The notes beneath the pieces are model-generated. The model was given only the letters and a program-made list of their open reading frames with translations. It did not search any database and was not told the origin of the DNA. This document shows positions 27,228 through 38,370 of a DNA stretch of 64,000 nt, in pieces; within the stretch, counting starts at the first letter, position 1; each line of letters starts with the position of its first letter. This DNA is from Myxococcota bacterium. GTDB taxonomy: Bacteria > Myxococcota_A > UBA9160 > SZUA-336. The translations under genes were made by a program, and so were the position numbers. The stretch is from positions 78-64,077 of the forward strand of contig JBHHVJ010000015.1 of NCBI GenBank assembly GCA_046754285.1, given 5' to 3'.

Positions 27228-28211
27228 TCAGTCGAGGCGGCCGAGCTCGCGCAGCCAGCCGACCAGGGCCACGAGCCCTTCGTCGAGCGAGATCGGTCGG
27301 TAGCCCAGACGCCGGCGGGTGGGGGTGTCCGTGGAACGTCTCCCCGAACCGCCTCGAGCGTTCCTCGCGATCGCCACCAGGGTCGGACCGAACTCTTCCA
27401 GCAGCGCGGGGTCGTCAGAGACCTCGACGTCCTCGACCCGTCGCGAAAGGCCCGCGATCTCGCAGACCCTGTTGCAGCACTCGGCCGTGCTCGAGACATC
27501 CTCGGACCGGCCATTGAGCATGTATCGCTCCCCCGACACACCGTGATCGAGCGCGGCGATCGACCCGCGGGCGACGTCGTCACTGAAGACCCAGGTCACT
27601 GGGAAGCTCAGGTAGCGGGTGAGCTTGCCCCGCAGGCCGGCCAGGAGCACACGGTTGAAGCTGGTGCGGGCCAGGGCGCGCTTTACCACGGGGCCCGGAC
27701 CGTAGATCGCGCCCGGATGACAGGTGACCACGTCCTGGCCGGCCACCGCCCGCGCCTGGACCTCGCGGAAGGCAGCGAGCTTGGTGACGGTGTACGGATC
27801 ATCGCTCGGATGCTCAGCGATCGGCGCTTCCTCGAGCGGGCCATCGCCGCTGGTGTCGAAGAAGGTTCCGGTGCTGAGCGCCACGACTCGGCGCATGCCC
27901 AACGCCTCAGCGGCGTCCAGAACGTGGCGTGTGCCGTCGAAGTTGACGGCCTCGAAGTCCGCCAGGTCCTGGCTGGCGCCACCCAGTAGCGCAGCCGTGT
28001 GGATCGCGGCGTCACATCCGCGGGCGGCCCTCCTGACGCTGTCGGCCGAGGTGATGTCGCCGCCGACCAGCTCCACCCCCATGGCCGCCAGTGCCTCGGC
28101 ATCGGAGGGGGCCCGGACGAGCGCCCGCACTCTGTCGCCACGCTGGATGAGTCGCGTGCAGACATTCGAGCCCGTGAGCCCGGTCGCACCCGTGACGAAG
28201 ATGGTGGTCAC
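27228..28211 (-). CDS. NAD-dependent epimerase/dehydratase family protein (extended SDR)
   Basis: N-terminal VTGATGLTGSNV Rossmann. 327 aa. Confidence 0.8.
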   Translation of the reverse strand: MTTIFVTGATGLTGSNVCTRLIQRGDRVRALVRAPSDAEALAAMGVELVGGDITSADSVRRAARGCDAAIHTAALLGGASQDLADFEAVNFDGTRHVLDAAEALGMRRVVALSTGTFFDTSGDGPLEEAPIAEHPSDDPYTVTKLAAFREVQARAVAGQDVVTCHPGAIYGPGPVVKRALARTSFNRVLLAGLRGKLTRYLSFPVTWVFSDDVARGSIAALDHGVSGERYMLNGRSEDVSSTAECCNRVCEIAGLSRRVEDVEVSDDPALLEEFGPTLVAIARNARGGSGRRSTDTPTRRRLGYRPISLDEGLVALVGWLRELGRLD

Positions 28212-28795
28212 GTCCCGTCCCTCCCCGGCATCTCGTCGCGTCGCGCGTCGACCTCGTCCGGCGAGAAGGGAATCACGGGCCTCCGGTCGCCGAACACGTC
28301 AAGGGTGTGGATGAAGCGGTGCACGCCCATCGTCTCGGCGCAGCTGAAGCCGAGCTCGATGATCTGAGCCGCCGTGAAGACCTTTCCGAGCCGCCAATAG
28401 AAGTCGTCGTCCATGGCGTGGTGGTCGGCGGAGAGCAGGTCGAGGAACTCCAGAGCCAGGCGCTCCTGCTCACTGAGCTGTCGATGATCGGGGTCGAGCA
28501 GGCAGGCCACGTCCTCATCGGTGATGGAGTCGTGCTTGCGTGACTGCATGCAGGGCTGGCACTCGCCGAGCTGGGCGCTTCGGATCCGGATCAGCTCCAG
28601 GATCCGTCCACCCAGCAGCGTACCGCGCCCGCGGCGGGTGCGGGCCTCGTGAATCGAGAGCAGCTGTTCGGTACGGTAGGCGAAGATCTGCAGCGGGAGC
28701 GGAGTGGCGTAGAGACCCTCTTCCACGCCACCCTCGATGATGGCACGGGGCTGCTCTGCGAGCTTCTCGAGCGGAATGGGTTCGATCCTGGGCAT
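28208..28795 (-). CDS. Carboxymuconolactone decarboxylase (AhpD-like) family protein
   Basis: CxxC-containing CMD core (LGECQPCMQSRKH). Start uncertain: the track ORF extends to 28882; the internal ATG (MPRIEP) was chosen. Overlaps the epimerase gene by 4 nt. Confidence 0.6.
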   Translation of the reverse strand: MPRIEPIPLEKLAEQPRAIIEGGVEEGLYATPLPLQIFAYRTEQLLSIHEARTRRGRGTLLGGRILELIRIRSAQLGECQPCMQSRKHDSITDEDVACLLDPDHRQLSEQERLALEFLDLLSADHHAMDDDFYWRLGKVFTAAQIIELGFSCAETMGVHRFIHTLDVFGDRRPVIPFSPDEVDARRDEMPGRDGT

Positions 28796-28993
28796 GGTGC
28801 GATACCTCGACGCTCGTCCTTGGCGCCCATGCAGTATACCGGCCCTCGAGCTGGGGGTTGCGGGATCCGCCAGGGTCGCCAACGCTTCGGGCGGTGAACC
28901 CGTCCAGCGGGCTCCCGAATGGCAGGCGCGCCCTCGTCCGTGGAGGTGATGCGCCGCAGGACGGAGGGAATCTCGAGAGCCAGTGCGTATCTC

Positions 28994-29815
28994 TCACCCG
29001 CTCTGCTGGCGGGGGCGATCGGTGTAGATGGGCTTGCGGCCCTCGCGACGGGCGCGAATGCACTCGGGGAGGTTGTCCGTGTTGCCGAGCATGAGCTGGT
29101 TGCGGTCCTCGAGGTCGATGGCCGCAAGCAGGCTCGTGGTCTCCAGGTTCGCCCAGCAGACCCGCTTGGTCATCTCCAGACCGTAGGGGCTCAGCTCGCA
29201 CATCTGCGACGCCGTATCGAGCGTGTGGTCGAGGATAGAGTCGTCGGGAAGCACGCGCGAGACAAGGCCGATGCGCTCCGCTTCGTGGGCCTCGAGCTTT
29301 CGCCCGGTGAGCAGCAGCTCGTTCGAGCGCGACGCCCCGATCAGACGCGGCAGCAGGTAGCTCGCGCCCAGCTCGGTGCTCGTCAGCCCGTTCACGATTC
29401 CCGTCGCGTTGAAGACCGCCGACTCCGAGCAGAACCGGATGTCGGCGGCCAGCGCGAGACACATCCCACCGCCGTAGGCACAGCCGTTCACCGCCGCGAG
29501 AACCGGCTGGGGCAGAGCCCGGAGAGCCGGAACGACGCGCGAGAAGCGGGACATGGCGTAGCTCCCCACGCGACCGAGCGCCAGGCCCTCGGCGCCGACG
29601 AGCTCACCCGGATCCTCGAGGTCGAGCCCGGAGCAGAAGCCACGTCCCCGGCCCGTGAGGACCGCCACGTAGCAGTCGTGGTCCGAGCCCACCGCATCGA
29701 GGACCTCGCAGAGCGCCGTCATGAGCGCATAGGACATCGCGTTGAGGCGCTCCGGCCGGTTGAGGCGGATCAAGCTCACATGGGGTCGGGCCTTCTCGAT
29801 GGTCACCAGGGGCAT
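28994..29815 (-). CDS. Enoyl-CoA hydratase/isomerase family protein
   Basis: Crotonase fold motifs (LNRPERLNAM, GRGRGFCSGLDL, AVNGCAYGGG). Confidence 0.85.
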   Translation of the reverse strand: MPLVTIEKARPHVSLIRLNRPERLNAMSYALMTALCEVLDAVGSDHDCYVAVLTGRGRGFCSGLDLEDPGELVGAEGLALGRVGSYAMSRFSRVVPALRALPQPVLAAVNGCAYGGGMCLALAADIRFCSESAVFNATGIVNGLTSTELGASYLLPRLIGASRSNELLLTGRKLEAHEAERIGLVSRVLPDDSILDHTLDTASQMCELSPYGLEMTKRVCWANLETTSLLAAIDLEDRNQLMLGNTDNLPECIRARREGRKPIYTDRPRQQSG

Positions 29816-29934
29816 GTGCGTGCTCCTCCTTGAAGGCTGGCGAGCTTAGACCAGCGTCGGTCGGCTGGCCATCGAGCTCCCCGTGTCTGGGCTAGACTCG
29901 TGCGAGAGCCAGCCGATGGACGGGGAGAGCGAGA

Positions 29935-30209
29935 GTGACGGTGCGCCTGTACGCGGCCTTCCGTGAGCTCGTGGGCGCCAAGAGCGTCGAGATCCCCGTG
30001 CCTCCGGGTGCCACAGTTCGGCAGCTCATCGAGGGTCTCATCGCTCATCACCCCTCGCTACGGGATGCGCTTGTCGACGCGAACGGGCGACTCGCGCGCC
30101 ACGCCCACCTCTTCGTCGACGGCCGCGATGCGTCCCTCCTCGCCGAGAGCCTGGACACGCCACTGCGCGACGACCAGACGATCGATCTCTTCCCGCCGGC
30201 GGCGGGGGG

Positions 30210-30213
<4 letters not shown>
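29935..30213 (+). CDS. MoaD/ThiS-family sulfur-carrier protein (C-terminal Gly-Gly)
   Basis: 92 aa. Ends ...PPAAGG. GTG start with RBS GGGGAGAG. Convergent 4-nt overlap with the AOR gene. Confidence 0.7.
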
Positions 30214-32024
<1,811 letters not shown>

Positions 32025-32188
32025 GCGTCCTCCTCCTCGTCCCGGGGGGCGTGGGCAGCCACACAGCCTCCGCCAGGCTCGAGGATATCAGCTCGTCCCC
32101 GCGCGCCCCAGCCGATCGGCAGGGGCGCGCGCCCTGCGCGGCTTCCAGGTATGATCGACACCCGATCATCGCCGAGAGGAAGACCATC

Positions 32189-33838
32189 ATGGGCGAGCCG
32201 GAGCGTTGGGACGCGGTCGTGATCGGATCAGGCCTCGGAGGGTTGGCGTGCGCGGCGTACCTCTGTGCCGCGGGGCGGCGTACACTGGTGCTGGAGCGCC
32301 ACTACGTCGCGGGTGGGAACTCGCAGGTCTTCCGCAGGAGGATCCACGGTCAGAGCTACGAGTTCGACGTCGGGGTCCACTACATCGGAGAGTGTGGGCG
32401 GGACGGGCTGATCACGACGATCCTGCACGGCCTGGGCCTGGCCGAACGCGTCATCTTCAGACCGCTGGACCCTGACGGCTACTCGACGATCGTTCTGCCG
32501 GACCTGAGCTTCCGTGTTCCGGTGGGCTGGGACCGCTACCGGGCCCGCCTGCTCGAGACCTTTCCGGACGAGGCTGAGCCGCTCGGCGAGGTCGTGGACA
32601 TCCTTCGCGCCGTGGCAGAGGCCGGCCGGCGCTACCTGAACCGTGAGGTCGAAGCGGGCGCCGTGGCGCAGGAAATGCCCGTCTTCCTCGAGTGGGGTCT
32701 GCGGCCCGTTACGACCCTCTTCGATCGCTACGGGCTGTCGCGCCGGGCGCGCGCGGTCCTGCTCGGCGAGCAGGGGGATTATGCGGTGCGGCCGTCGCGC
32801 ACGCCTGTCGCGATGGCGGCCGGGCTCACGGGGCACTACATGAGCGGCGCCTTCTACCCCCAGGGGGGCGGCCAGGCGATTCCGGGTCGCCTGATCGAGG
32901 CGATTCGCGCCTACGGGGGGGAGGTGCGAACGCGGGCTCCGGTGTCGCAGGTGTGGATCGAAGCGGGTCGACCCCGCGGCGTCAAGCTCACGAAGGGAGG
33001 CTTCATCGAGGCTCCGGTGGTGGTCTCGAACGCGGATCTCAAGCGGACCGTGCTGGAGCTCGTGGGTGCGGAGCACTTCTCGGCCGAGACCGTCGAGCGG
33101 GTGCGGGCGTATCGCATGGCGCTTCCGCTCTTCGCCGCCTACCTGGGGCTGGACGTGGACCTGGCCAAGGAGGGCGTGCCGAACACGACCTACTGGGTCT
33201 GGGGAACCGACGACATCGAGGCCATCTACGAGCAGATCGAGGCGGGCCGGCTCCCGAAAGAGAACTTCGCCTTCCTCACGGTGGCCACGATCAAGGACCC
33301 CGTCAGCCGACACCTTGCTCCCGAGGGCCACTCCAATCTGCAGGTCATGACCCTGGTCCCACCGGACTACGACCTCTGGAACGTCGAGAAGGGCCCGGCC
33401 GAGGGCGGACGCTACCACCGCGACCCCGCCTACCGGCAGCGCAAGGCCGAGATCCTGCGTAGGTTGATCGCGGTCACGGAAGAGCTGCTGCCCGCGGTGC
33501 GCGGCCACATCGTCTGGCAGGAGGCCGCCACGCCCGTGACCCAGGAGCGCTTCACACTGTCAACGGGAGGTACGTCGTACGGGATCGAGTTCAACTGTGA
33601 GCAGGCGGGACCGCTCCGGATGGGACCGACGACGGAGATTCCGGGCCTCTACCTCTGCGGCGCGAGCACGCCCTCCGGGCACGGGATCGGCAGCGTTCTG
33701 CGCAGCGGTGTGATCGCCGCGGGGGCCGTCCTCGAAACCGATCTCCTGGCCCTGGTGCGATCCGGGCAGGTGATCGGCGATCGCGGGCGACTTCCGGAGC
33801 TCCGCGACGACTGGGACGCCTGGCGCGAGTCGCACTAG
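32189..33838 (+). CDS. Phytoene desaturase-family NAD(P)/FAD-dependent oxidoreductase (CrtI-like)
   Basis: Internal ATG with RBS GAGAGGA. VVIGSGLGGLACAAYL Rossmann. CrtI-like C-terminal region. The upstream part of the track ORF is antisense to AOR. Confidence 0.8.
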   Translation: MGEPERWDAVVIGSGLGGLACAAYLCAAGRRTLVLERHYVAGGNSQVFRRRIHGQSYEFDVGVHYIGECGRDGLITTILHGLGLAERVIFRPLDPDGYSTIVLPDLSFRVPVGWDRYRARLLETFPDEAEPLGEVVDILRAVAEAGRRYLNREVEAGAVAQEMPVFLEWGLRPVTTLFDRYGLSRRARAVLLGEQGDYAVRPSRTPVAMAAGLTGHYMSGAFYPQGGGQAIPGRLIEAIRAYGGEVRTRAPVSQVWIEAGRPRGVKLTKGGFIEAPVVVSNADLKRTVLELVGAEHFSAETVERVRAYRMALPLFAAYLGLDVDLAKEGVPNTTYWVWGTDDIEAIYEQIEAGRLPKENFAFLTVATIKDPVSRHLAPEGHSNLQVMTLVPPDYDLWNVEKGPAEGGRYHRDPAYRQRKAEILRRLIAVTEELLPAVRGHIVWQEAATPVTQERFTLSTGGTSYGIEFNCEQAGPLRMGPTTEIPGLYLCGASTPSGHGIGSVLRSGVIAAGAVLETDLLALVRSGQVIGDRGRLPELRDDWDAWRESH

Positions 33839-33888
33839 CCCGGAAATCTGACGCGGCGTCCTTCTAACGGCGATTTCCCTCGCGAACC

Positions 33889-33904
33889 GTCTGCTTGCGA
33901 AAGC
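33889..33904. terminator. Stem-loop CTGCTTgcgaAAGCAG in convergent intergenic region
   Basis: 6-bp perfect stem, 4-nt loop, 50 nt after the CrtI-like gene stop. No U-tract. Confidence 0.3.
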
Positions 33905-34203
33905 AGTGCAGCCAGACAAGGGTGCAGGCAGCGGCCGAATCCGTGTACGCGGGAGTCGTCGGAGCTCGAGCCGACCGGGCGTCGCCGGATGCTGGGACCG
34001 TTTGACGCGGCACGGGCGAGCTCGAACGGCGGGCCGCTCTGGCTGCGGGAGCTGGAGCCGGGGGGGGATCCTGAATCCGTTCGCCATCGGATTCTGGAAC
34101 TTCCGAGCACCGGAGCACGTCGAGCACGCTACGCCCCCCCCAGAAATGGCAGCAGGCGATCGACCGACAACCCCTCGACGAGGCGGGGGAGACGCCAGCC
34201 GCG

Positions 34204-35262
34204 TCAGCGCAGCGTGTGCACGCCGCGGATTCCCGGCAGGTCCAGACAGGACTTGAGGCCCGGCTCGGCGGCACAGACCGCGGGGATGGCATTCACCGCG
34301 CGCATGGCGGTCGCCGCACAGCCGTCGATGTTGTGGTCCTCACTCGCGAAGCCCACCTCGAGCTCACAGCGCAGGGACGGCACCCCCTCGAGGGTGACCC
34401 GATAGAGTCCCGGCCCCTTGCCCTGCGGCCAGTGGGGCGCCACATCGTCCCGCAGGCGTGTCACGTGCTCGACCACGATTCGTGGCTGTTCGCCGACGAT
34501 GCCCTGGACCTCGAAGCGAAGGCCGGCCATGGTGCCGGCCTCGATCTTCCCGCACGGTATCTCGAAATCCGAGTCCGCCAGAGCGATCTCGTGCGAGTCA
34601 CGAATCTCGTCGAGGGGAACGGCCAGAGCATCCGCCACCATCTGGACAGACGGCCCCCACGCGGTCCGCAGCGCACCCGGCTGGAGCAGCGGCACCGAAT
34701 CACCCGGGGGACGGCCGAAGCCCATGACGTCGAAGAGGGTCTCCGGCTGGTCGTACGTCGCATAGTTGAAGATCTCCTGCGCGCGGATCGAGTCGATTCG
34801 CTCGGAGAGGCTCGAGAGGAAGATCGGGAGGGCGTCGGGTGAGAAGCCCGGATCGATGCCCGTGCAGAAGAGGCTCGTCCCTCCCTCGTGACACGCCGCC
34901 TCGAGGCGCTGCGTGAGAGCCGGGAACGCTGCGAGGGGGTAGACGAGGGGCACGAAGGAGGTCGTGACCAGGTTCTTTCCGGAGGCGAGAATCCGGCACA
35001 TATCGTCGATGGCGTCGCCGAGCCGGAAGTCCGTCGCAGCCATGTAGGAGACGCAGTCGGCGTCGAGTCGGAGCAGAGCCTCGGCGTCGCGGACCGCGCG
35101 GACGCCGGTCGTCTCGATGCCGCAGAGCTCGCCCGCGTCGCGACCCTCCTTCGCCTCAGAGCTCACCCACAGACCCACGAGCTCGAGGTCGGGGTGGCGC
35201 GCGATACCCCGGAGGGCGTGAATTCCTACGTGGCCCGTTGCCCATTGGATCACCTTCCGCAT
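34204..35262 (-). CDS. Dihydrodipicolinate reductase-like NAD(P)-dependent oxidoreductase family protein
   Basis: N-terminal IQWATGHVGIHALRGI Rossmann. DapB/amine-dehydrogenase-like domain architecture. 352 aa. Confidence 0.65.
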   Translation of the reverse strand: MRKVIQWATGHVGIHALRGIARHPDLELVGLWVSSEAKEGRDAGELCGIETTGVRAVRDAEALLRLDADCVSYMAATDFRLGDAIDDMCRILASGKNLVTTSFVPLVYPLAAFPALTQRLEAACHEGGTSLFCTGIDPGFSPDALPIFLSSLSERIDSIRAQEIFNYATYDQPETLFDVMGFGRPPGDSVPLLQPGALRTAWGPSVQMVADALAVPLDEIRDSHEIALADSDFEIPCGKIEAGTMAGLRFEVQGIVGEQPRIVVEHVTRLRDDVAPHWPQGKGPGLYRVTLEGVPSLRCELEVGFASEDHNIDGCAATAMRAVNAIPAVCAAEPGLKSCLDLPGIRGVHTLR

Positions 35263-35421
35263 CGTCTCGCCGCTCCCCGGGCCCACCGGGACCCAGGAGC
35301 GGATTATACAGGCCGCGACGCTCGATCCGGCTGGGGGCTCCCCAGCCCTCGCCCGTTCGTTCTAAACTGACTCCTGGAGCCCCGACATGCCGCGGCTCCT
35401 TCTTGCTGCGGAGGGACGAGG

Positions 35422-35880
35422 ATGAAGACGGGAGTGGTCGCTGCAATCTTGGTGCTGACCGTGGGCCTGGGCGGATCCCCTGCGCTCGCGCAGCCGCGTT
35501 CGGCCGAGCAGGTGGTCTCGAAGTACGACTACAAGACGACCATGCGTCGGCTGGCGCGGGCCATCGGGCAGAACGAGATGGTCTCTCTGATCATCAGCAG
35601 CCCCAAGGGCGCCCTCAAGAGGATCGGTGTGGAGATTCCCGGAAACAACGTGCTGGGAGTCTTCGCGCCACGCTTCGCGAAACGACTGCTCGAGGCGGAG
35701 CCGGCGGCGGGCATCGAGGCCCCGCTGCGCGTCTACGTGCGGGAAGCCAAGGACGGGAAGGTCACCGTCAGCTACTTCAAGCCGACCGCGATCTTCGCTC
35801 CGTACAAGAACGAGGAGCTCGACCGAATGGCGCACGAGCTCGATGAGATCCTTGCTCGAATCGTCAAGGCGGTGCGCTGA
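35422..35880 (+). CDS. Secreted DUF302 domain protein
   Basis: Signal peptide MKTGVVAAILVLTVGLGGSPALA. DUF302-like core. 152 aa. Overlaps the next gene by 1 nt (TGATG). Confidence 0.65.
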   Translation: MKTGVVAAILVLTVGLGGSPALAQPRSAEQVVSKYDYKTTMRRLARAIGQNEMVSLIISSPKGALKRIGVEIPGNNVLGVFAPRFAKRLLEAEPAAGIEAPLRVYVREAKDGKVTVSYFKPTAIFAPYKNEELDRMAHELDEILARIVKAVR

Positions 35881-36809
35881 TGCGAGGCGAGAGGTGGAGC
35901 GAGCGAGAGATCCCCGATCTCACGGGGCGAACGATGATCGTCACCGGGGCGAACAGCGGCCTCGGGTACGAGACAAGCCGCACCCTGGCGGCGCACGGCG
36001 CGCACGTGATCCTGGCGTGCCGCGACGTGGCGCGTGCGCGGGATGCGATCGGCCGCATCCGCTCGAGCGTCGCGGGCGCCTCGCTCGAGGCGATCGAGCT
36101 GGACCTCGCCCAGCTCGACTCCATTCGCGCGTTTGCGAAGAGGACTCGAGACGGCTGCGAACGTCTGGACGCCCTCTGCAACAACGCCGGAGTCATGGCG
36201 ATCCCCTGTCGCCGCACCGTCGATGCCTTCGAGATGCAGCTCGGCACCAACCACCTGGGGCACTTTGCGCTGACGGGTCTGCTGCTCGACCGGCTGCTCC
36301 AGACCCCCGGCTCCCGCGTCGTGACCCTCAGCAGCACCCTGCACAGCGTGGGCCGGATTCGCTTCGACGACCTGCAGAGCGAGCGGCGTTACGGGCGTTG
36401 GCAAGCGTACGCACAGAGCAAGCTCGCGAACCTCCTCTTCGCCTACGAGCTCCAGCGGCGGCTCGAAGCGCGCGGAGCCGAGACGATCAGCGTTGCGTGT
36501 CACCCGGGCTACGCGGCCACGAACCTCCAGCTCGTGGGCCCGCGCATGGAGGAGTCGCGCCTGATGGTCGGGCTCTCGCGGCTCGGAAACATCCTCGTCG
36601 CGCAGGGGGCCGATCGCGGTGCCCTGCCCAGCCTCTACGCACTGACGGCATCCGACGTACGCGGAGGCGACTACATCGGACCCGGCGGGATCGGCGAGCT
36701 CCGGGGTCCCCCGCGCAAGGTTGGGTCGAGCCGCCGCTCCCGCGACCCTGCGGCCGCCGCACATCTCTGGGAGGTCTCCGAGCAGCTCACGGGCGTCCGC
36801 TACCCGTAG
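35880..36809 (+). CDS. SDR family oxidoreductase (retinol dehydrogenase-like)
   Basis: VTGANSGLGYET Rossmann. YAQSK. 309 aa. Confidence 0.8.
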   Translation: MRGERWSEREIPDLTGRTMIVTGANSGLGYETSRTLAAHGAHVILACRDVARARDAIGRIRSSVAGASLEAIELDLAQLDSIRAFAKRTRDGCERLDALCNNAGVMAIPCRRTVDAFEMQLGTNHLGHFALTGLLLDRLLQTPGSRVVTLSSTLHSVGRIRFDDLQSERRYGRWQAYAQSKLANLLFAYELQRRLEARGAETISVACHPGYAATNLQLVGPRMEESRLMVGLSRLGNILVAQGADRGALPSLYALTASDVRGGDYIGPGGIGELRGPPRKVGSSRRSRDPAAAAHLWEVSEQLTGVRYP

Positions 36810-37587
36810 CGGGCTGGACGATCCCCATGTGTCGGCCGGCGGTGAAGCCGCCGTCTACGACCATCGCGTGCCCAGTGACGAACGAGGCCTCATCCGAGAC
36901 CAGAAAGAGCGCCGCGGCCGCCACTTCCTCCGGTCGACCCGGCCGTCCCAGGATGTGTGCACTCACGAAGCGATCGAGCAGCGGCTTGAGCTCCCCCTGG
37001 GCCAGGGGAGCGGTCATCGGCGTATCGATGAGGCCCGGACAGAGGCAGTTGACGCGAATTCCGTACGAGCCGTAGTCGATCGCCATGTTCTTCGTGAGCA
37101 GCACGACGCCGCCCTTCGACGCGTTGTACGCGGCCTGGAACTCGATCGCCTCGAGCCCCTCGATGCTGGCCAGGTTGACGATCGCCCCCGAGCGCTGCGC
37201 CACCATCCGCTTGAGCGCGTGCTTGGAGACGAGGAAGGTGCCCTTGAGGTTGATGTCGAGCACACGGTCCCACTCCTCCACTTCGAGGTCTGCGACCGCA
37301 CCACCCGAGGCCACGCCGGCGGCGTTCACGAGGATGTCGATCCCCCCGAGACTCTTCTCCGCTCCGGCCACGGCCCGTGAGACGGCGGCCTCGTCGCGGA
37401 CGTCCGCTTCCCAGAACGAAGACGCGGGGGCGGCCGAGGCGATCGGCTGCCAGACCGCCTCGGGCGGCTTCACGACGTCCAGCCCGGCGACGCTCGCCCC
37501 CTCCTGGGCGAAGCGCGCCCCGCACGCGGCGCCGATCCCCGAGGCCACCCCGGTGATCAACGCGCGCTTCCCCGCCAGGCGACCCAT
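36787..37587 (-). CDS. SDR family oxidoreductase
   Basis: Start trimmed to MGRLAGKRALITGVASGIGAA. NAAG, YNASK. The start overlaps the stop of the upstream DUF385 gene (ATGA). Confidence 0.8.
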   Translation of the reverse strand: MGRLAGKRALITGVASGIGAACGARFAQEGASVAGLDVVKPPEAVWQPIASAAPASSFWEADVRDEAAVSRAVAGAEKSLGGIDILVNAAGVASGGAVADLEVEEWDRVLDINLKGTFLVSKHALKRMVAQRSGAIVNLASIEGLEAIEFQAAYNASKGGVVLLTKNMAIDYGSYGIRVNCLCPGLIDTPMTAPLAQGELKPLLDRFVSAHILGRPGRPEEVAAAALFLVSDEASFVTGHAMVVDGGFTAGRHMGIVQPATGSGRP

Positions 37588-38108
37588 CAGCCCAGCTCCT
37601 GAGGCGAAAGAACGACCACCGGAATGCGCCTCCGGGTGCGATCCTGATAGGCCTGGAAGTCCGGATACATCTCGACGAGTCGAGGCCAGAGACGGCTCTT
37701 CTCCTCTTCCGTGGCCAGGCGGGCCCGCATGCGGCGCCGTTCGCCCGGTAGCTCCACTTCGACGTGGGGATTGGCCTCGAGGTTCCGGTACCAGAGGGGG
37801 TGCCGGCGCATCCCCCCTTTGGACGCCACCACGACCAGATCGGGTGGGTCGTCCAGGTATAGAACTGGAGCGGTGCGTCTCTGCCCACTCTTCCGTCCGA
37901 TCGTGGTGAGCAGCAGGACCGGTGCACCGCGCAACCAACGTCCCCCCATTCTCCCCCGAGAGAGACGGAAGAGCGAGACGTTGAGCCGCGAGATCAGCCG
38001 GAGCACGGCCTCGGCCACGCGCTCCTGCCTCGGGGTCAGGAACGGGTGGGCCCCGACGGGGGACGGCGTATCTTTCTTGGCTTTCTTGGCGACCGACGGA
38101 GGCGGCAT
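37587..38108 (-). CDS. Nitroreductase-family deazaflavin (F420H2)-dependent oxidoreductase (DUF385/Fqr-like)
   Basis: Strong match to DUF385 core: PVLLLTTIGRKSGQRRTAPVLY, LVVVASKGGMRRHPLWYRNLEANP, YPDFQAYQDRTRRRIPVVVL. Start uncertain (38108 or 38147). Confidence 0.8.
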   Translation of the reverse strand: MPPPSVAKKAKKDTPSPVGAHPFLTPRQERVAEAVLRLISRLNVSLFRLSRGRMGGRWLRGAPVLLLTTIGRKSGQRRTAPVLYLDDPPDLVVVASKGGMRRHPLWYRNLEANPHVEVELPGERRRMRARLATEEEKSRLWPRLVEMYPDFQAYQDRTRRRIPVVVLSPQELG

Positions 38109-38370
38109 GGGGGTCCTCGCTGTCTGCTGCGCTGGGATGCGGCCCACCCTAACGCTCGGGCCGGGCCTGGATCAAGCCTCCGGTGACGGGGCCTCGAGCG
38201 TTCGAATGCTGCCGTGAAGCTCGCGACCCCGTGAACGGCTCGCGGGCTTCGAGCTGCCGCAGCGGATCCTCTGAGCTCCGCGTCGCCCTGAGCGCGGGAG
38301 CGGGGAAGGCCGCGCGCACCCCGATCCCACCCGCCCCACCACGCCCGGCAGCGCCGGTGAGAAGGGCAGT

